Shown: piece by piece, positions 9,375 through 18,640 of the stretch
How the letters are laid out: each line of letters starts with the position of its first letter
Numbering within the stretch: the first letter of the stretch is position 1
Assembly: GCA_003221005.1 (NCBI GenBank)
Contig: QHTZ01000085.1
Span: 1 to 47,628, forward strand
Source of the DNA: Gemmatimonadota bacterium
Lineage (GTDB): Bacteria > Gemmatimonadota > Gemmatimonadetes > Gemmatimonadales > GWC2-71-9
DNA: 47,628 nt
Reading direction: 5' to 3'
Program-made: the position numbers and the translations under genes
The notes under the pieces: generated by a model
What the model was told of the DNA's origin: nothing
The model's input: the letters and a program-made list of their open reading frames with translations, nothing else
Databases searched by the model: none

Positions 9375-9919
9375 AGCGCCTCGAGCGTGGACAGGACGTC
9401 CGCCCCGTAGAACGTGCGGATGTACTTCGACTGGATCGACGTGAGGCGACGGACCGCCCACGCGAGATGCACGAAGTGCGGCTCGAACGGGGGCCGCAGC
9501 GGGTGCATCCCCGCCTCCTCGGGCAGGAGGTTGCCCTTGCGTGTGTTGCAGCTGGAGCAGGCGGTGAGCACGTTCGTCCAGGCGTTGGTGCCGCCGCGCG
9601 ACAGCGGGACGAGGTGGTCCCGCGTGAGGCACTCCCGAAACCGCAGCTCCGGCTGCGCGCGGCCGCAAAACTGGCAGCGGTAGTTGTCGCGGGCGAACAG
9701 GAACGTGTTGGTGACTTGACGGCGGAAGCGGCGGGGAACGTGGACGAACTTGACCAGCCGGATGACGGCCGGCCGGGGGATCTGCAGGCGTTCGCTGCGC
9801 ACTACCGCCCCGTCGGCCTCGACGATCTCCGCTTTGCGGTCGATCACGAGGCGCAACGCCCGGCGCACCGGCACCATGGTCAGCGGCTCGAACGAGGCGT
9901 TGAGCGCGAGGCAGCGCAC
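9371..9919 (-). CDS. HNH endonuclease (McrA-like, LALNASFEPL family)
   Basis: LFARDNYRCQFCG, TRDHLVPLSRGG, WTNVLTACSSCNTRKG; GGGGGA SD upstream of GTG 9919. Confidence 0.9.
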   Translation of the reverse strand: MRCLALNASFEPLTMVPVRRALRLVIDRKAEIVEADGAVVRSERLQIPRPAVIRLVKFVHVPRRFRRQVTNTFLFARDNYRCQFCGRAQPELRFRECLTRDHLVPLSRGGTNAWTNVLTACSSCNTRKGNLLPEEAGMHPLRPPFEPHFVHLAWAVRRLTSIQSKYIRTFYGADVLSTLEAL

Positions 9920-9934
9920 GTCAGTCCCCCGGCG

Positions 9935-9973
9935 AAAAAGCGGCCGTCCAAGCCCAGGACGGGTGGGACGGCC
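9935..9973 (-). terminator. GC hairpin plus U-tract downstream of argH
   Basis: Minus strand GGCCGTCC...GGACGGCC followed by GCTTTTT. Confidence 0.55.
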
Positions 9974-9977
9974 ACGT

Positions 9978-10006
9978 ATGCTACACAGCCGGCTAACGCG
10001 CGGCAA
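9978..10006 (-). promoter_or_regulatory. Putative sigma70 promoter TTGCCG-17-TAGCAT for the HNH gene
   Basis: Minus strand -35 at 10006-10001 and -10 at 9983-9978. Confidence 0.45.
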
Positions 10007-10015
10007 GAGCGCGGG

Positions 10016-11470
10016 TTAAGGCACGCCTCCGGGCAACAACGCCTTCCGCAGCTCCTCCAGTTGATCCTCCACCGACTTACGCGACGAGCCCCCGGGCGTC
10101 GCGCGCCCCTCGACTGAGTCTTCCCAGGTTCCAAGCTGGCTCAGCGCGGCGCCGAGCGCCGGGTGAATCTGCGCCGCGACGGCCGGCGCCACGCGGTCAA
10201 GCGGCACGCCTGCCCGCTCGGCCTCCCGCACCAGCCGGCCCACGAGCCCGTGGCTCTCCCGAAACGGCACGCCCGCTTCCACCAACAGATCCGCGAGGTC
10301 GGTCGCGCGGAGCGATGCATCGAGCGCCGCGCGCATGCGGTCGCGATTCACTTCCAGGGTGGCGATCGCGCCGGTGAGGGCGGGGAGCACCAGACCCAGC
10401 GTGTCGAAGGCGTCAAACAGCAGCGACTTGTCCTCCTGGAGGTCCTTGCTGTACCCGGCCGGCAGGCCCTTGAGCGTCGCGAGCAGCGCCACCAGGTCGC
10501 CGAGCACGCGCGCCGCCTTGGCGCGGGTGAGCTCAAAGACGTCGGGGTTGCGCTTCTGCGGCAGCAGGCTCGAACCCGTGCTGAACTCATCAGCGAGCTT
10601 CACGAACCCGAACTCGGCGCTGGCGTATAACACCACCTCCGCCGCGAGCCGCGAAAGATGCATGCCCGCGAGTGTGAGGGCGAAGAGGACCTCGGCGACG
10701 AAGTCCCGGTCGCCGGTCGCGTCGAGCGCGTTGGCGGAGACGCTGCGAAACCCGAGCGCCTCCTTCAGCAGGACGCGGTCGACGGGGAAGCCTGAGCCCG
10801 CGAGCGCGCCCGAGCCGAGCGGCAGCTCGGCCACGCGGCGCCGCGCGTCGGCGAGCCGCTGGCGGTCGCGCACCAGGGGCCAGGCGTGGGCGAGCAGGAC
10901 GTACGCCCAGCGGACCGGCTGCGCGCGCTGCCCGTGGGTGTAGCCGGGAAGGATGTCGTCGATCCCGTCCCGCGCGCGCGCGAGCACGGTGCGGCCCAGC
11001 GCCGCCAGGTCGGCATCCAGCTGGTCGATCGCGTTCAGGGTCCAGAGCCGCAGGTCCGTCGCGACCTGGTCGTTGCGGGACCGTCCGGTGTGCAGCTTCC
11101 CCGCGACCGCGCCCACTTCCTCGTACAGCAGGCGCTCAACCAGCGTGTGCACATCCTCATCGGGTGCGCCCACGGCAGCGCCGTCTGCCAGCCGCTCGGC
11201 CACCCGGTCGAGCCCGTCGAGCAGGTGCGATTCCTCGGTCGGCGTCAGGACGCCGACGCGACCGAGCGCGTGGACCCAGGCCTTGCTGGCCGCGACGTCT
11301 TGCGGCCACAGGCGGTGGTCGACCGGCAGACTGCGATTCAGAGCGTCGAGCGCTTCGCTCGGCCCCAGGGCGAACCGCCCGCCCCACATGTGATGCGGTG
11401 CGGATTCCGTCGGCTGGTTGAGCGGCGGCGGCGGTGGGGGAGGCGAGGGGGGCGGGGACGGGGGCGCCAT
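10016..11470 (-). CDS. argH: Argininosuccinate lyase
   Basis: WGGRF, DEDVH, LHTGRSRNDQVATD, PGYTH, GSSLLPQKRNPD, YSKDLQEDK. Confidence 0.97.
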   Translation of the reverse strand: MAPPSPPPSPPPPPPPLNQPTESAPHHMWGGRFALGPSEALDALNRSLPVDHRLWPQDVAASKAWVHALGRVGVLTPTEESHLLDGLDRVAERLADGAAVGAPDEDVHTLVERLLYEEVGAVAGKLHTGRSRNDQVATDLRLWTLNAIDQLDADLAALGRTVLARARDGIDDILPGYTHGQRAQPVRWAYVLLAHAWPLVRDRQRLADARRRVAELPLGSGALAGSGFPVDRVLLKEALGFRSVSANALDATGDRDFVAEVLFALTLAGMHLSRLAAEVVLYASAEFGFVKLADEFSTGSSLLPQKRNPDVFELTRAKAARVLGDLVALLATLKGLPAGYSKDLQEDKSLLFDAFDTLGLVLPALTGAIATLEVNRDRMRAALDASLRATDLADLLVEAGVPFRESHGLVGRLVREAERAGVPLDRVAPAVAAQIHPALGAALSQLGTWEDSVEGRATPGGSSRKSVEDQLEELRKALLPGGVP

Positions 11471-12699
11471 CAGTCCGCGACGGCCCCAATCTCGCGCTGA
11501 CGCGCGGCCTCGAGCGCCGCCCCGATCTTGATCCCGAGCCCGTAGAGGCGGATGAAGCCCTCGGCGTCCTTCTGGTTGTAGACGTTCTCCTTCCCGAACG
11601 TCGCGTAGGAAGGCTGGTACAGGGCGTACGGACTCTCGCGGCCCGCGACGGCTGCGCCGCCCTTGTACAGCTTCAGCCGCACGGTCCCCGTCACGCGCTT
11701 CTGGGTGGCCGCCACAAAGGCGTCCAGCGCTTCCCGCTCAGGCGTCCACCACCGGCCGTCGTACACGAGGTCCGCGTACTGGAGCGCGAGCTGATCCTTG
11801 AGCCCCAGGACCCTGCGGTCGAGCACCAGCTGCTCGAGCTCGCGGTGCGCGGCATGCAGCAGCGTGCCCCCCGGGGTCTCGTACACCCCACGCGACTTCA
11901 TCCCCACCAAGCGATCTTCGACGACGTCGGCCCGACCCACCCCGTGCTCGCCCGCGACCGCGTTCAGGGTCTCGAGCAGCTCGACCGGCCCCAGCGGCAC
12001 GGCATCGACCGAAACCGGCGTCCCTTCCTCGAAGCCGATCGCGACCACCACCGGCTCATCGGGCGCCGCCACTGGGTCCGCCGTCATCACGAAAATGTGC
12101 TCGGGAGCTTCCTGCGACGGATCTTCGAGAATGCCGCCTTCGTGGGAGCAATGCCAGATGTTCCGGTCGGTGGAATACGGCTTCTCAACCGTAGCCTGAA
12201 CCGGAATGCCTTTCGCCTGCACGTATGCGATGAGATCCTCGCGCCCCTGGAACTCCCACTCGCGCCACGGCGCGATGACCTGGAGGTCGGGGGCGAGCGC
12301 GGCGTAGGTGAGCTCGAACCGGACCTGATCGTTCCCCTTGCCGGTGCAGCCGTGCGCGAGCGCCTGCCCGCCGGCGCGCTGCGCCAGCGCGACCTGGCGC
12401 GCCGCCGTGAGGGGCCGCGCCATCGCCGTGCCGAGCAAGTAGGTGCGGGCGTACACGGCCCCGGCGCGCAGGCAGGGAAACACGAAGTCCCGCACGAACT
12501 CGTCGCGCAGGTCTTCGATGACGCAGTCCGTAGCGCCCGAGCGCTTGGCCTTGGCGACGAGATCGCCCAGCTCCCCGATGCCCTGCCCCACGTCGGCCGC
12601 GAAACACAGAACCCTGGCCCCGTGGTGCTCGCGGAGCCAGGGAACGATCGCCGACGTGTCGAGTCCGCCGGAGTAGGCGAGAACGACTAGCGGCCCCAT
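11470..12699 (-). CDS. argG: Argininosuccinate synthase
   Basis: LAYSGGLDTS, HGCTGKGNDQVRFE, KSRGVYETPG. Confidence 0.98.
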   Translation of the reverse strand: MGPLVVLAYSGGLDTSAIVPWLREHHGARVLCFAADVGQGIGELGDLVAKAKRSGATDCVIEDLRDEFVRDFVFPCLRAGAVYARTYLLGTAMARPLTAARQVALAQRAGGQALAHGCTGKGNDQVRFELTYAALAPDLQVIAPWREWEFQGREDLIAYVQAKGIPVQATVEKPYSTDRNIWHCSHEGGILEDPSQEAPEHIFVMTADPVAAPDEPVVVAIGFEEGTPVSVDAVPLGPVELLETLNAVAGEHGVGRADVVEDRLVGMKSRGVYETPGGTLLHAAHRELEQLVLDRRVLGLKDQLALQYADLVYDGRWWTPEREALDAFVAATQKRVTGTVRLKLYKGGAAVAGRESPYALYQPSYATFGKENVYNQKDAEGFIRLYGLGIKIGAALEAARQREIGAVAD

Positions 12700-12713
12700 G
12701 ATGACGCGCTCCC

Positions 12714-12767
12714 TGTACCTTTATGCAAGAGGATGCATAAACATACATCGCTCCGGACGGCTGTCAA
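12714..12767 (-). promoter_or_regulatory. Tandem ARG boxes overlapping a TTGACA-16-TATGTT promoter of argG
   Basis: Minus strand TGTATGTTTATGCA (12747-12734), 6 nt, then TGCATAAAGGTACA (12727-12714); TTGACA at 12767-12762; lies directly downstream of argR. Confidence 0.8.
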
Positions 12768-12782
12768 CCGGGGGCCAGAGGC

Positions 12783-13241
12783 TCACGAGGACAGGCCGGC
12801 GAGCTCCTGCAGGCGGGTGTGCACGGCACGGCGGGCCCGCTCGCTCCGCGTGATCACGAGGACCGCGTCGTCACCCGAGATGGTGCCGACGATCTCCGCC
12901 CATCCGGCCCCATCGAGCGCGACGCCAAGCGCCTGGGCGCTGCCTGCGGGGGTCTTCAGCACGAGCAACGGCCCGACGCCGTCCACGGAGACCAGCATCG
13001 CGGGCAGGACCTGCTCCAGGTGAGGGCGGATGGCGGGTGCCCCCTCGGGTGGCGGGGCGTAATGGGAGGCGCCGTCGGGCGCGGCCACCTTGGCGAGCCC
13101 CAGCTCCCGCATGTCGCGTGACAGGGTCGCCTGCGTCACCTCGAACCCTTCCGCGCGCAACAGCTCGCGGAGCTGCTCCTGGCTCGCCACGCGCTGGTGA
13201 CGAATGACCTTCAGAATGGCCGCGTGGCGCTGGGTTTTCAT
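12783..13241 (-). CDS. argR: Arginine repressor
   Basis: SQEQL, VTQATLSRD, KTPAGSA, GTISGDD; ATG at 13241. Confidence 0.96.
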   Translation of the reverse strand: MKTQRHAAILKVIRHQRVASQEQLRELLRAEGFEVTQATLSRDMRELGLAKVAAPDGASHYAPPPEGAPAIRPHLEQVLPAMLVSVDGVGPLLVLKTPAGSAQALGVALDGAGWAEIVGTISGDDAVLVITRSERARRAVHTRLQELAGLSS

Positions 13242-14449
13242 GCGCTCCCAATGTAGCGGTGGACTACCTGTCCGGCGACGACGGTGAGAAGGGCGTCGGA
13301 CGGTCGGACGGTCGGACGGTCGGACAGAAGCCCGACAAACACGGCGAGATCGGCCTGCTTGCCGACCTCGATCGATCCAATTGCCGACTCCAGCCCCAGC
13401 ACCCGCGCGCCCTCGAGCGTCAACATGCGCAGCGCGTCTTCGCCAGCGAGGCCAACCGCGAGCGCGTCGCCCCACAGGTTCACGTCCCCCGTGCTGACGA
13501 CGGAGTCGGTGCCGAGGCCGACAGGGATCCCCCCAGCGCGGAAGGCGGCGAAGGGCGCGGCGCCGTGCCCATGGGCACGATTCGAGCGCGGGCAATGGGC
13601 GATGGCTGCGCCGGCGGCCTTCAGGAGAGCGACGTCCTGCTGGCTGACCTGAACGCAGTGGATGCAGAGAGCAGGAGTTCCATGTTGCACGACGCCAAGT
13701 TGCACGAGGTACTGGACGGGTGACAGGCCCAGCGGTTGCACCGCAATCCCACGCGCGCGCAGCGCATCCGCAAACGGCCCTGCGCCGTCGCGCACGAGCG
13801 CGCTCTCCTCCCGCGATTCGGCGACATGCACGGCGAGCGGCAGGCCGCGGCGACGGGCGAACGCCGCGACGGCCCGGTAGAGCGGGGCGCTGACGGTGTA
13901 GGGCGCGTGGGGCGACACGCCGAGGCGCAACCGGTCGGAGGCAAACGGATGGAGCCGCTCGACGGCGGCCTCGAGCTCGGCGAGGCTCGCCTCGCAGCGC
14001 GCCGGGTCGGGGCCAAAGACCTCCTGATAGACGATGCCCCGCCCCCCGAGCGCCTGCAGCACCTCCATCACGGCGCCGGTGCTTCCCGTGTCGGCGACGC
14101 AGGTGACCCCTGCCGCCCAGCAGTCGCGCATGCCCTGCTCCGCAGCGTGCCGGAATTCTGGCAGCCGCGTCCCGTCCTTGAGCTCACGGATGCGGCGGAT
14201 CCACGCGGCAAACTCCGGGGTCGGCACGCGTCCCGCGAGATGGGTGAGCTCGAGATGCGTGTGACAGTTGACGAGCCCGGGGACGAGGACGCCGTCCGGG
14301 AATTCTCGGATCTCCACTCCCGGCGGAGTGGGGACGCGGGCGTGTGGGCCGACGGCTGCGATGCGGCCGTCGCCAGCAATGAGAACGGCGCCGTCCGAAA
14401 TGGGCGGCGCCGTCACCGGATGCACCGAGCCGGCCCGAAGGCGCAGCAT
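13238..14449 (-). CDS. Metal-dependent amidohydrolase (MtaD/aminodeoxyfutalosine deaminase-like)
   Basis: PGLVNCHTHLE, SPHAPYTV, HVAES, HCPRSN, GTDS, GSIEVGKQADL. Confidence 0.88.
   Translation of the reverse strand: MLRLRAGSVHPVTAPPISDGAVLIAGDGRIAAVGPHARVPTPPGVEIREFPDGVLVPGLVNCHTHLELTHLAGRVPTPEFAAWIRRIRELKDGTRLPEFRHAAEQGMRDCWAAGVTCVADTGSTGAVMEVLQALGGRGIVYQEVFGPDPARCEASLAELEAAVERLHPFASDRLRLGVSPHAPYTVSAPLYRAVAAFARRRGLPLAVHVAESREESALVRDGAGPFADALRARGIAVQPLGLSPVQYLVQLGVVQHGTPALCIHCVQVSQQDVALLKAAGAAIAHCPRSNRAHGHGAAPFAAFRAGGIPVGLGTDSVVSTGDVNLWGDALAVGLAGEDALRMLTLEGARVLGLESAIGSIEVGKQADLAVFVGLLSDRPTVRPSDALLTVVAGQVVHRYIGSA
13295..13326. repeat. 4x 8-mer GTCGGACG tandem repeat inside the amidohydrolase
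   Basis: gtcggacg gtcggacg gtcggacg gtcggaca. Confidence 0.9.
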
Positions 14450-14452
14450 GTC

Positions 14453-16612
14453 CTACGGCGTGACGCCGATGCCGAACGGCGTGTGCACCGGGCACACCTG
14501 CGTGGGCTCCGTGCCCGGGTAGAACCAGTCCCAATGGCGGACCTCGAGCGGGCAGTACGGCGACGCCACGTACCCATTTGTCTGGTCCACCTCACGGGTG
14601 ACGAGCGAGTCCGGACGGACCCAGTCCGCCGGTGCCGGGCGCCGGTCGTACACGTCGCGCATGAACGCCGTCCAGGCTGGCGCCGTAATGCGGCCGCCCC
14701 CCGCGTTATGCTCGAGGATGCGTTGCTGGAGGTCGTAGCCGATCCACACCCCGGCCACAAGCTCCGGTGTGTATCCGATGAACCACGCGTCGGTGTAGTC
14801 GTCCGTCGTCCCCGTCTTCCCGGCGGCGGGAAGCGTGAATCCCGCCTTCCACACCGCGCTGTACGCCGTCCCGCGGTGGATCACGTCCTTCATCATGTCC
14901 ACGAGCAGCCACGTGTGCGCCGGATCCATCACGTCCTCACGCCGCACCGGCGGCTGCCACAGGATGTTCCCATGGCTGTCTTCCACGCGGAGGATCCCCA
15001 GCGGGTAGGCGCGCGCGCCCAGCGTGGCGAACGCCGTGTACGCGGAAATCATCTCGAGCGGGATGACGCCGTTCGCGCCGATATGGATCGACGGATAGGG
15101 CCGCAGCGGTGTGGTGATCCCGTAGCGGCGCGCTTCCCCGATCACGGTCTGCTCGCCCAGCTGCATGCCCAGCTTGATCGTGGCGAGGTTGCGCGACAGG
15201 TAGAGCGCTTGCCGCATCGGGATGTGTCCCAGCGTCGTGTCGTCGTCGTCCTTCGGTTGCCAGAGCGTGCTGTCGAGCTGGATCACCGGCGGATTGAGGG
15301 GCGAGTCGTCCAAGATCTCGGTGACCGGGTGGCCGGCGCGCACCGCAGCGGAATACACGAACGGCTTGAAGGTCGAGCCCGGCTGGCGGACTGCCTGCGT
15401 CGCACGGTTGAACTTGGAGTCGTCGAAGTCCCGGCCGCCGACCATGACGCGGATGTAGCCAGTGTTCGCCTCCAACGCGACGATGGCGCCCTGCAGGTAC
15501 GGCGAGTACGGGCCGTGGTCCTCGCCGGAGGCCTTGGCGGACTCGATGTAGTCGTGATAGCTCACGCGGCCCGGCGGCTTCCCGTTCGAGTACACGCCGG
15601 CCTCGATCGCGTCGAGCTGCGCCTGGAGCGATCGCTCCGCAGCCTCCTGCATGTCGAGGTCGAGCGTGCTGTAAATGCGCAGACCGCCCTCGTACAGATC
15701 GCGGCCGAAGCGGGCGTCGAGCTGCTGGCGCAGCCACTCCACGAAGTAGGGCGCGACGTCCCCGTAATTCGTGCGCTTGGTCGTGAGGACCAGCGGGTAG
15801 GCCTTCCACAATTCCGCCTCTTCGGGGGTGATGTACCCCTGGTCGCGCATCAAGCTGAGCACGGCGTTGCGCCGCCGCACGGCGCGGTCCGGGTGGGTGC
15901 GGGGGTTGTAGAAGGCGGGCGCCTTCGGGAGCGCCGCCAGGGTCGCGGCCTCCGCGACGTTCAGTTGGCGCGCTGACTTCCCGAAGTACACCTGCGCCGC
16001 GGCCTCGACCCCGTGCGCTCCGGCGCCGAGATCGATCTGGTTCAAGTACAGCTGCAGAATCGAGTCCTTGGGGAAGCTGTGCTCGATCTCCATCGCCACG
16101 CGGGCTTCCTTCAGCTTGCGCGTGAGCTTCTTCTCCCGCGAGATCTCCTCCGGAAAGATGTTCCGCGCGAGCTGCATGGTGATCGTGGAGAAGCCCTGCG
16201 CCCAACTGAGGGAGAGCACGTCCGCCTTGATCGCACCGAGGATGCGCACGTAGTCGATGCCGTGGTGCGAGTAGAACCGCTTGTCCTCGGTGCCGATGAA
16301 CGCCTGCCGCACGGACGCGGGGATCTCGGAGAGCGCCAGCACGGTGCGCCGCTCGAGGCCGAGCTCCGTTATCAGGCGGCCGTCGGCGGCGTAGACCTTC
16401 GAGGTCTGCTGCGGCCCCGGTCCGCTGACCAGACGCGAGATGGAGGGGCAGCGCTCCGCCGCGCATACACGGGTCCATGAGCCGTAGCCGACGCCGACGA
16501 CGTAGGCGAACGCCAGCGCCGCGGCGCCGAGCAACCGGGCCCGGGTCTTGGGGTCGTGCCACCACGCCTGCGGAGAGAAACGCGGCGCGAGCGGCGCCGG
16601 GATGGAAGCCAT
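14453..16612 (-). CDS. mrcA: Class A penicillin-binding protein 1A (transglycosylase/transpeptidase)
   Basis: EDKRFYSHHGID, GFSTITMQLARN, RKLKE; SxxK (STFK), SRN, KTGT. Confidence 0.93.
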   Translation of the reverse strand: MASIPAPLAPRFSPQAWWHDPKTRARLLGAAALAFAYVVGVGYGSWTRVCAAERCPSISRLVSGPGPQQTSKVYAADGRLITELGLERRTVLALSEIPASVRQAFIGTEDKRFYSHHGIDYVRILGAIKADVLSLSWAQGFSTITMQLARNIFPEEISREKKLTRKLKEARVAMEIEHSFPKDSILQLYLNQIDLGAGAHGVEAAAQVYFGKSARQLNVAEAATLAALPKAPAFYNPRTHPDRAVRRRNAVLSLMRDQGYITPEEAELWKAYPLVLTTKRTNYGDVAPYFVEWLRQQLDARFGRDLYEGGLRIYSTLDLDMQEAAERSLQAQLDAIEAGVYSNGKPPGRVSYHDYIESAKASGEDHGPYSPYLQGAIVALEANTGYIRVMVGGRDFDDSKFNRATQAVRQPGSTFKPFVYSAAVRAGHPVTEILDDSPLNPPVIQLDSTLWQPKDDDDTTLGHIPMRQALYLSRNLATIKLGMQLGEQTVIGEARRYGITTPLRPYPSIHIGANGVIPLEMISAYTAFATLGARAYPLGILRVEDSHGNILWQPPVRREDVMDPAHTWLLVDMMKDVIHRGTAYSAVWKAGFTLPAAGKTGTTDDYTDAWFIGYTPELVAGVWIGYDLQQRILEHNAGGGRITAPAWTAFMRDVYDRRPAPADWVRPDSLVTREVDQTNGYVASPYCPLEVRHWDWFYPGTEPTQVCPVHTPFGIGVTP

Positions 16613-16680
16613 CGGCTTACAACCTAGTCGAGGCGGGGCCCGCTTGCCAGCAGTTCGGGGGCCTCGTACGATTCCGCGCC

Positions 16681-17949
16681 ATGCCGGACGTGTTCACCGA
16701 ACTCGAGTGGCGCGGCTTCGTCCAGCAGGCGACGCCGGAGCTGCGCGCGCATCTCGCGAGCGGCCGCCGGACGGTGTACTGCGGCTTCGATCCGACGGCA
16801 CCCTCGCTGCAGCTCGGCAACCTGATGCCGCTGATGCTGCTGCGGCATCTCCAACTGGCCGGCCACCGGCCGATCGTGTTGATGGGCGGCGGCACTGGGC
16901 TCATCGGCGACCCGAGCGGCAAGCGCGACGAACGGCCGCTCCTCTCGAAAGAGCAGATCCGCGAGAACCTCCACCGCCAGCGCGACCAGATGGGCCGGCT
17001 GCTCGACTTCGACGCGAAGGAGGTCAGGCCCCTCGTGCTCGACAACGCCGACTGGCTCGTGCCGCAGCGGTTGGTGGATTTTCTGCGCGACGTCGGCAAG
17101 CACTTCACCGTGAATCTCATGCTCCAGAAGGAGTCCGTGCAGGGGCGGCTGGACGCGGGGATTTCCTACACCGAGTTCAGCTACATGTTGCTTCAGGCAT
17201 ACGACTTCCTGCATCTGTTCCGCAAGGAGCGCTGCACGGTGCAGGTGGGCGGCAGCGATCAATGGGGCAACATCACGGCCGGCATCGACCTGATCCGGCG
17301 TGTGGAGGGCGGCGAGGCGCACGGCCTAGTCGCGCCACTCGTCACGACGGCATCGGGTGCGAAGTTCGGCAAGAGCGAGGCCGGTGCGCTGTGGCTCGAC
17401 CCTGAGATGACGTCGCCGTACAAGTTCTACCAGTATTGGATCAACGTCGACGACCGTGATCTCGAAGGCTACCTGAAGCTGTTCACGTTCATGCCTAAGG
17501 ACGGGCCCCAGGGAATCGCAAGCCTCCTAAAGAACCATGCGAAGGACCCCGGTCGCCGCGAAGCGCAATCCGTTTTGGCTCGAGACATCACGACTCTGGT
17601 TCACGGCAAGGACGCGGCACACAACGCCACTAGCGTCAGCGCCATCCTCTTCGGCGAGTTCGACCCCCGCGCCGTGAAGGAAGGCGTGTATGACGCCATG
17701 GCGCGGGAGATTCCCACGGCGACGGTGTCGGGCAACGCCATTCCGCTCGTGGATGCTCTGGTGCAGGCAGGATTGGTCAAGTCGAAGAGCGAGGCCCGCC
17801 GACAGATCGAGCAGGGCGGGATCTACGTGAACCAGCAGCGGGAGGACCGCGTCGACCGCGAGCTCGAGTCCCGTGACTGGCTCGCGGGCCGGAACATGCT
17901 GCTGCGCAAGGGCAAGAAGGACTACGCGCTGCTGCGCCTCGGCAGCTAA
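16681..17949 (+). CDS. tyrS: Tyrosine--tRNA ligase
   Basis: YCGFDPTA, QAYDF, GGSDQWGNI, KFGKS, C-terminal S4 domain. Confidence 0.97.
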   Translation: MPDVFTELEWRGFVQQATPELRAHLASGRRTVYCGFDPTAPSLQLGNLMPLMLLRHLQLAGHRPIVLMGGGTGLIGDPSGKRDERPLLSKEQIRENLHRQRDQMGRLLDFDAKEVRPLVLDNADWLVPQRLVDFLRDVGKHFTVNLMLQKESVQGRLDAGISYTEFSYMLLQAYDFLHLFRKERCTVQVGGSDQWGNITAGIDLIRRVEGGEAHGLVAPLVTTASGAKFGKSEAGALWLDPEMTSPYKFYQYWINVDDRDLEGYLKLFTFMPKDGPQGIASLLKNHAKDPGRREAQSVLARDITTLVHGKDAAHNATSVSAILFGEFDPRAVKEGVYDAMAREIPTATVSGNAIPLVDALVQAGLVKSKSEARRQIEQGGIYVNQQREDRVDRELESRDWLAGRNMLLRKGKKDYALLRLGS

Positions 17950-17959
17950 GGAGGTTCGC

Positions 17960-18640
17960 ATGTTCATCGGCCACTACGCCCTCGGCTTCGCCGCCAAGCG
18001 CGTCGCGCCCGGGACATCGCTCGGCACCCTGTTCGTCGCGCCCACGCTCGCGGACCTCCTCTGGCCCGTCTTCTTGTTGCTGGGGTGGGAACGGGTGACC
18101 CTCACGCCGGCGACCGACCCGTTCCTGAACCTCACGTTCGACTCGTACCCCATCTCGCACAGCCTGCTCACCCTGATCGCGTGGGGCGTCCTGTTCGCGC
18201 TGCTCTACTTCATGCGGACCCGCTACCGCGCGGGCGCGATCGCGATCGCCCTGCTCGTGGTGAGCCACTGGGTGTTGGACTACATCACTCACCGCCCGGA
18301 CATGCCGCTCGCTCCCGGCGGGCCCAAGGTCGGCCTGGGACTGTGGAACTCAGTGGCGGGAACTGTCGCCGTCGAGGCGGTGATGTTCGTCGCCGGCATC
18401 GCGGTGTACGCGGCGGGCACGCGGGCTCGGGACCGGGTCGGGCGGTACGGCCTGTTGGGTCTCGTGGCCGTCCTGGCGCTGTCCTACGTGGGTTCGCTGT
18501 TCAGCCCGCCACCTCCGAGCGTGCCGGCGCTCGCCATCGGCGGGATCGTCTTCGGATGGTTGTTCGTGGTGTGGGCGTGGTGGGTGGATGGGCATCGGGA
18601 TGCGACGTTGCCGGTCACGCTTCACCCTCACTCTACCTGA
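17960..18640 (+). CDS. Inner-membrane metal-dependent hydrolase (YdjM-like)
   Basis: MFIGH, D-L-L, SHSL, SHWVLD.ITHRPD; AAGGAGG SD. Confidence 0.85.
   Translation: MFIGHYALGFAAKRVAPGTSLGTLFVAPTLADLLWPVFLLLGWERVTLTPATDPFLNLTFDSYPISHSLLTLIAWGVLFALLYFMRTRYRAGAIAIALLVVSHWVLDYITHRPDMPLAPGGPKVGLGLWNSVAGTVAVEAVMFVAGIAVYAAGTRARDRVGRYGLLGLVAVLALSYVGSLFSPPPPSVPALAIGGIVFGWLFVVWAWWVDGHRDATLPVTLHPHST

Noticed and set aside
9371-9919. HNH as a mobile homing or restriction element
   Set aside because: Host-like composition, no methylase, intron or terminal repeats; common standalone family.
13681-13709. catgttg cacgacgc caagttg cacgagg, a possible degenerate repeat in the amidohydrolase
   Set aside because: Too degenerate to separate from chance, although it contains the tgt-type unit.
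13736-15976. Long antisense or alternate-frame ORFs (e.g. 746 aa here, the 5' part of 29455..31773, 44655..46559)
   Set aside because: Shadow ORFs expected in high-GC DNA opposite recognised genes; no motifs.
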